Source: Nemertoderma westbladi (Eukaryota; Animalia; Xenacoelomorpha). From it: a stretch of 54,258 nucleotides of DNA. Location of the stretch: the NCBI GenBank assembly GCA_032718475.1, contig JAUCBJ010008687.1, positions 1-54,258 of the forward strand. Direction: 5' to 3'. The notes under the pieces are model-generated. The model saw only the letters and a list, made by a program, of their open reading frames with translations, was not told the origin of the DNA and searched no databases. The position numbers were made by a program, and so were the translations under genes. Shown here one piece after another: positions 47,768 to 54,258 of the stretch; position 1 is the stretch's first letter, and the number at the start of each line of letters is the position of its first letter.

Positions 47768-49123
47768 TATATGTATAATGTATTATTGTATATGTATATG
47801 CTTACCCTACCTACATATTATAGCAGTATATTTCTCTTATGTGTCAGTGTGTGTGATTATCCTTTGTGCAGTAGCAGTAGTGTAACATTTGAGAGACTTT
47901 CCCGCGGAAGATCGCGGCACAGATTTTCACGACCTCGAAAATTTGAGACGACAAAACTTTTTTTGAGATTAAGATAGGCCTAAGAAAACAATGTTTGGAG
48001 ATTTGGATTCCAAATTACAAGGCCTCTTAAATGCAGTAATGATATATAACTTTACATACCTGCATTGCTGCATACCAGCATTCCGATACCGGTATCTACA
48101 CCGATTTCAAATTTTGGTGTAATAGCCTATTAATTGCTAATTTATGCTGTCTATTCAGCTATTAAATATTAAGTGTAAATCATAGCAAAGTCAAAGTGCC
48201 AACCGTATCATTATGGCACATCTGTGCCTGCGATCTGCTCGTATACCTGTCAGCCTGTATGAAGTCAGCAGAACAGGTCAAGCCGAGATTTAAATATTTT
48301 TGCAGTTTTTTAAATGCGGATTTTGAGTGGTTGCAAATATTAGGAATAGAATAGTTGATAGTAGTGTTCAAAAACAAAACATTAAAAAAAGTAGGCCTAT
48401 ATATATTTTACGCTAGACAGATTATTTAGACAAATTGTATGTCAGATTTTCATATTCAGATATTGTCAGTATGTCATATGTAGCGGTATCTGGTAGGCTA
48501 TACACAGCATACAAAAATCATAAGAAAGTACCGTACCTTCTCATACTGATAGCACTATGACAGTATGATTACCGGTATCGGTATATACTGTATAGTAAAC
48601 CTAACCTATGTATTAGGCCTACTCCCTACTGCCTGACTGTTATTGTTTAGTCCTATTCCTATCTAGCGCTAGACCCCCATCGCCAACCTGCCCTGTGGTC
48701 TGTACCCCTGCAGCCTCACCATATTTAGAAAATTGATAACCAGTTTATGGGTAACAACTCAAGTGCCTAACAGTCTCATCTTCGTACTTTCGGATGAAAG
48801 TCTAGTTAAAGCAATAAAACTTTCAAGGTCAACCTGCAGGGAGCTGCAGGGAGTATTTATCTCTCGGAGACTCTTATACCGACTTAAATAATGGAATATA
48901 TATCAGCATAATTGTAACTCTGTTCACGATAACTACGATCTTATCATTGTGTGAAGGGGGAGCGAGATTGAGGAAGCTGACGATAGCAGAAGCCGTCAAT
49001 GATATATTGGATTTGTTGGGTTGTGTTTCTATTCGTTATATAAAGTTGGTTCACATCGCTCGGTCTTTATATTTAATTCCGTAGGGATTTTGTTTTATGT
49101 GACAGCTAAGCGAAACTAAAGAT

Positions 49124-49252
49124 ATGGCTTCTACGAGCAGCAGTAGTATAAAGAATGAGTTCCACGTCGGGGGCAAATATAGAATTATTAGGAAGATTGG
49201 TAGTGGATCCTTCGGTGATATTTATTTGGGTATGAATGTCAGCAACGGTGAG
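49124..49252 (+). CDS. CSNK1A1: Casein kinase I alpha, coding exon 1
   Basis: [43 protein letters not shown], then a GTAAGT donor. Confidence 0.96.
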
Positions 49253-49575
49253 GTAAGTCACGGTGACTGTATTTACTAGTGAAAATTATTTTACCAAATA
49301 ATCGATTTGAAGATTTACTAGTAATTATATATTTATTAGTAATTTACTGTTTTAGTAAATTTACGTATATTTTCCAATACTAAATCCAATCTCCTGAGCA
49401 CGTTTATCGTGATTTTTCGTTTTACGAGTTTATAAATTATTAGCGTGAAGTTTTTCGCGTGTTAAATTGAACGCTGAAGATTACATAAGTCGTTTAATAC
49501 GTACTCTACTGACTGGTACCGGTACATTATATATTTATAGCAGGTTATTTATATTTTATTTGTTTATTATTATAG

Positions 49576-49682
49576 GAAGTTGCTGTAAAGATTGAATCAC
49601 ATAAGGCTAGACATCCACAGCTTCTATATGAAAGCAAGGTTCTTAAAATATTGCAAGGGGGTGTTGGAATTCCTCATATAAG
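49576..49682 (+). CDS. CSNK1A1: Casein kinase I alpha, coding exon 2 (107 bp)
   Basis: tatag|[36 protein letters not shown]|gtttgt. Confidence 0.96.
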
Positions 49683-50478
49683 GTTTGTGGTTAACCTACA
49701 CTTACTATGCTACGCAGACGTTTACGAATACGTCTCTATTATGTTTGAACATTCGTAGATATAACATAGTAATATCATATCGGTAATTGGTACCGGAATA
49801 TAATATATGTTATATATTTTAGTTTTTGTAATATTCAACTTGTATAGATTATAAATTGGCAAGAGAAAGCAGTTGGGATGTGGGATCCGGTTACAATAAA
49901 TATTATGTACTGGTACTGTATGTACCGGTGTAACTGTACCGGTATTATATAATATTATTAATGTTATTTAATCCACGACTTTAGCGGGATTTAACTAATG
50001 ATTACTGTAAGTAGGTTTATTTACCAGCCTAATTCGTGGAAATTTATATCCGACAAATTTTTTAATTAGTTCCGGGTCGTTGAAACATAATATCAACGGA
50101 ACCGTTTAGGCCTATGTTGTTACCTACTGATTCGGTTAGTGGGCAGTAACAGATTATATTTTACGTAAAAATAATGAAAAAATATATACTTTTATATACT
50201 TTGAAGATATTTTTTTCCATCAGCTCTCAGCAGGTTTGAATAATATAAAATTATGAACTCCGTGCGATGAAAAGGGAAACCGAAGGACTTCAGGAGACAA
50301 ATTTCTTTAGTTACCGTCATCCTATGTATATAGAGAAAGAGAGCAAATATAATATGATCTTGATCTATTTATCTCTTCATTCTCACGGTAAATAAGAGAT
50401 CGCAGGGCGAGAGGAGAATAAAGTTTACTTTAATTACTTTGCAATAAATATTTATTTAATCGTTGTTAATTCCCCTAG

Positions 50479-50605
50479 ATGGTACGGCCAAGAGAAGGAT
50501 TACAACGTTCTAGTGATGGATCTTCTGGGGCCGAGTCTTGAGGATCTATTTAATTTCTGTTCCCGTCGGTTCACAATGAAGACAGTGTTAATGCTGGCTG
50601 ATCAG
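50479..50605 (+). CDS. CSNK1A1: Casein kinase I alpha, coding exon 3 (127 bp)
   Basis: cctag|[42 protein letters not shown]|gtaaca. Confidence 0.97.
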
Positions 50606-51384
50606 GTAACATTGACTTTACAAGTGATCTTATTAATATTGTTTAACGTTTAACTAGTAGATTAATATCCATCTAACAGCTTGCGGATCCGATTGGTTTG
50701 TCAGACTAAGGAACGTAATTAGTCACTTACAATGTGCCCACGAGTTGGGGAACACTGTAAAGTGTTGTGCTTGACAGAGAGTCATATTACCTTTGTATAT
50801 TTATATTAATTTTTATTGTTATTCTTAACCTGAAGTTTGTTATTATTAATTTTGAAATAAAACGTAGTTGTTTTTTAGACGTCTTTACTGATCTTCTTCT
50901 ACCTGTGGATTATTTTAACTCACTCATTACGTTCATTCACGTATAAACCACTGGGATCAGTGAATAAAGAGCTACTTTATATTATTGTGCTGATCAAACG
51001 TAACGAGTGAGTTAAAGTGTAGCGACGAGGATCAGAAAAATGTGAAATACTTTGCGGTAAAAAAGGCTAACATCGTTAATTGTTTAGGGGTGATAACAAA
51101 AACATAATGTTCAGGTTCTCAAAGTTTTAAGTTTAAATAAATGATGTAATACTGACGTAATACTTAATAATTATATAATAAAATAATATTTGTAATTGTA
51201 GTTGATAAACAATATGATATTTGTGTTCTCTATTTTTTTATTTTTATGTATAAAATAATTCAATTTTTTTTATGAGTTAATTTTATCAGATAAATCCACG
51301 TTTTCAAACTTGAAATGTAGAAAACACTGTAAGAATATCAGTAATAGCTAGCCAGTTAGCATAGCGCAGGAGTTATGTTATTAT

Positions 51385-51691
51385 GTGAACGGAACCGCCT
51401 CCGCTTTGCAGGACATTGATTTCGCCGTGAGGACCAGCCAGTGCATAATCTTGTACTTTGGCAGCCTCATGGAGTGAATAAACATGGTGGACAGCCCAGA
51501 CTTTCTTGAGACGCATCTTAAAGGACACTGGCCTTGAAGATGCGGATGATCTAGCAAATGTCATGGGTGATAGGGAGTTGCGGCGGGGGCGGCGAAATTT
51601 TTTCCAAGCCGGCACAGCATTCTTAATATATATGTAATATATATATATAATGAAGCGCAGCTGCAATGCAGCATGCCGATCGTAGTAGTAG
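51385..51691 (+). mobile_element. Short RTE 3' fragment (same family as 37822-38390) in CK1alpha intron 3
   Basis: Closely matches 38119-38390. (GTA)n tail. 11-bp TSD TATGTTATTAT (51374-51384, 51692-51702). Confidence 0.92.
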
Positions 51692-51873
51692 TATGTTATT
51701 ATTTACTGGGTTTGAGACCATGCAGTGGCAGTATTTTATTGTAATTATTATTCTTTAAAAATTTGATCATTATTTAAAAATGTGTAATAAAATCAGCCGA
51801 ATAAAGCATTCCATTATTAGTTATTATGCATTGCACATGTTAAACCTAGTGCTGAACACTGGAACTGAACTGA

Positions 51874-52495
51874 ACTGTACCTCTAACTGTGTACCTGTAA
51901 CTGTGTACCTCTAACTGTGTACCTCTAACTGTGTACCTCTAACTGTGTAACTCTAACTGTGTACCTCTAGCTGTGTACCTCTAGCTGTGTACATCTAGCT
52001 GTGTACATCTAGCTGTGTACCTATAATTGTGTTCCTGTAACTGTGTACCTCTAGCTGTGTACCTCTAACTGTGTACCTCTAAGTGTGTACCTTTAACTGT
52101 GTACCTCTAGCTGTGTGTGTACCTCTAACTGTGTACCTGTACCTGTAACCGTGTACCTCTAACTGTGTTCCTCTAACTGTGTACCTCTAACTGTGTACCT
52201 TTAACTGTGTACCTCTAACTAACTGTGTACCTTTAACTGTGTACCTCTAACTAGCTGTGTACCTCTAACTAACTGTGTACCTCTAACTGTGTACCTCTAA
52301 CTGTGTACCTCTAACTGTGTACCTCTAACTGTGTACCTTTAACTGTGTACCTCTAACTAACTGTGTACCTTGAACTGTGTACCTCTAACTAGCTGTGTAC
52401 CTCTAACTGTGTACCTCTAACTGTGTACCTCTAACTTTGTACCCGGTACCTGTAACTGTGTACCTCTAACTGTGTGCCTCTAACTAACTGTGTAC
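51874..52495. repeat. 14-bp minisatellite (CTGTGTACCTCTAA)n, intronic
   Basis: Directly visible, about 40 units. Confidence 0.95.
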
Positions 52496-52651
52496 TGCAA
52501 TGAGAGTGGAGGAGTACAATATTTGGAAAAGCATTATGGAAGCAATAGTATAATACTGCAGTTAAATTATTTTGTATATAACTTTTTTTTCACTAATTCT
52601 CATTATATTTTACTATAAATGATATTAACCATCAAATGTTTGACCTTACAG

Positions 52652-52750
52652 ATGATCGGAAGAATCGAGTATGTGCATAGTAAGAATTTTATTCACCGAG
52701 ATATCAAACCTGACAACTTCCTTATGGGTATCGGGAGGCATTGTAATAAG
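52652..52750 (+). CDS. CSNK1A1: Casein kinase I alpha, coding exon 4 (99 bp); gene continues beyond the window
   Basis: ttacag|[33 protein letters not shown]|gtaagc. GIGRHCNK is characteristic of the alpha isoform. Confidence 0.97.
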
Positions 52751-54054
52751 GTAAGCGATATCGTCTACTCTTTGTTGTACACATACAAGTGACTAAATAT
52801 ATAATTAAATGTTATATACTCACATATATATCGTCACAAAGCAATTAATAATAATTTGTGGACCTGCCAAATGTATAGTTATTGGAGCAAAATGGCTATA
52901 AACTCCAACTTGTGGTGTTTAGTGGGTTTAAAAATGTGGTGCTTTCTAACCAAAGCTAAAAACGAAACTTTATTTCACTTGCGGTCTATCTGCGCCACTA
53001 TCTGGCCAAATTTTATTTCATTTATGTATCGTAGTTTCTTGTATTTAAATTTATTAAAAATACAATGTAATGGATAGTTGATTGTTTTTCGCCAAACGGA
53101 TTTAATTGATTTACATATGTGAATTAAATGTACAACGCTGTGGTTTTCGCCGAATTTTGGACGCACTTTGATAACGCGGTCATTTTTAACTTCCACCGTT
53201 TATAGGATTTTTCCACAATTAGTATATCAAATCCGACGTAAAGCGTTTATTTCCATTTCTGGACAATATCAATATATTACATAATTAATTACAGTTGCAT
53301 TAACAGCTCAACTCCAATTTATTTAATTAATATCACCTGGCAGCAATACTCGAGCTGAATATGTATTTATTTGTATTTCCCTCCCGTTTTATTCTAACAT
53401 ACTTTAGGCCGTTAGATCCGCTGTTAGATATAGATGCAACGTAACAACGTAAGACTGCCTGTTCAATATAAATGGATTAGGTGGGAGAGTGAGTGTCAGG
53501 GGCAAGTGGCTGAACTGGTTAGCGCTACCGATGAGGCCTGATAGGCCTAAACGTACGTATAGCGCTGGTTCAACCCCCGGTGCTTCCATATTTTTACATT
53601 TCTGAACAAAACCATAATATTACATCATTAAAGCATAAAGATTAGTTCATTTCTCCTGAATCAGTAATAATGCTAATTATATTCCACGCGGGCACGCGAC
53701 TGTAAATCAAAATGTGCCGACGCGTTATGTAGTAGCTGGATGAGAACCAGATACACACTAAACTACTGCTACAGTGTCTGCTTACAGACGATAACTGTTA
53801 TTTAGCAGTGTGGGTTCTGGGTGTTAATATGTATTAGTAAGTATTCTCCATAATTATATCTGATAAAAGTAAATAATGTATCCTACAGTATTTACTTTTA
53901 TCAGGTATACCCCCCCCCCCCCCCCCCCCCCCCCCTAATTTATTTCTAGCTTACAGTATTTTTTCTATTGTGTTATTCACCTATGGTAACGTGCAATGTT
54001 AAATTTATTGCCAAAGTTACGTTACATGCGTTGCTATCGTCTTGTAGCCGCAGT

Positions 54055-54258
54055 CAAGGTAGGGGAGAAAAATGGACGCAAATCCCATCTCGGCGAATTA
54101 ATATCTTGTCTCAATTTTCAATTATCAATTAAGGGGATAGTGTAGGTTACAATATCACGTTATTCTAACCAAAACAATAAACGAAAGTCGAACAGTAGAA
54201 CAAGCGCAGGGATGGCATAACAAAACGAAACGAAACGAAGCGAAGCCGTTTTGGCAAT
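54055..54258 (+). repeat. Dispersed repeat containing one diverged monomer of the 68-bp satellite
   Basis: Shares sequence with 10825-10905, and shares AGGTTACA...TTCTAACCAAAACAATAAACG with 32553-33186. Confidence 0.6.

Noticed and set aside
52751-54258. CK1alpha exon 5 or the vertebrate L-insert exon
   Set aside because: No LFLIDFG-type or insert-like coding sequence found before the window ends.

Overview
AT-rich eukaryotic DNA, almost certainly from an invertebrate animal; the ORF track's GTG/TTG starts are mostly artefacts. There are three cellular genes. Two lie in tandem on the minus strand: an intronless 480-aa BAHD-type (PF02458-like) acyltransferase, a candidate horizontal acquisition, and an intronless Hikeshi/OPI10. 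The third is the first four coding exons of casein kinase I alpha on the plus strand. Between Hikeshi and CK1alpha is a ~40 kb nest of transposons. The largest is a young BEL/Pao LTR element (11669-31402, GTCGG TSD) that encodes only Gag-protease, with RT and integrase deleted in frame. It is invaded by a CR1 LINE, a Sola1-like element and three MITEs. L2, CR1 and RTE LINEs, a CACTA-like element, hAT and MULE MITEs and several minisatellites fill the rest. The most unusual signal is small-scale: a dense signature of 5-bp direct repeats flanking CAG/CTG, plus TA-GGCC-TA and TA-CCGG-TA. These are present/absent between two sibling MITE copies and look like excision footprints of a 5-bp-TSD, CAG-ended DNA transposon. 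One candidate copy of that transposon is in the window. All family assignments come from motif recognition by eye; no searches were run.
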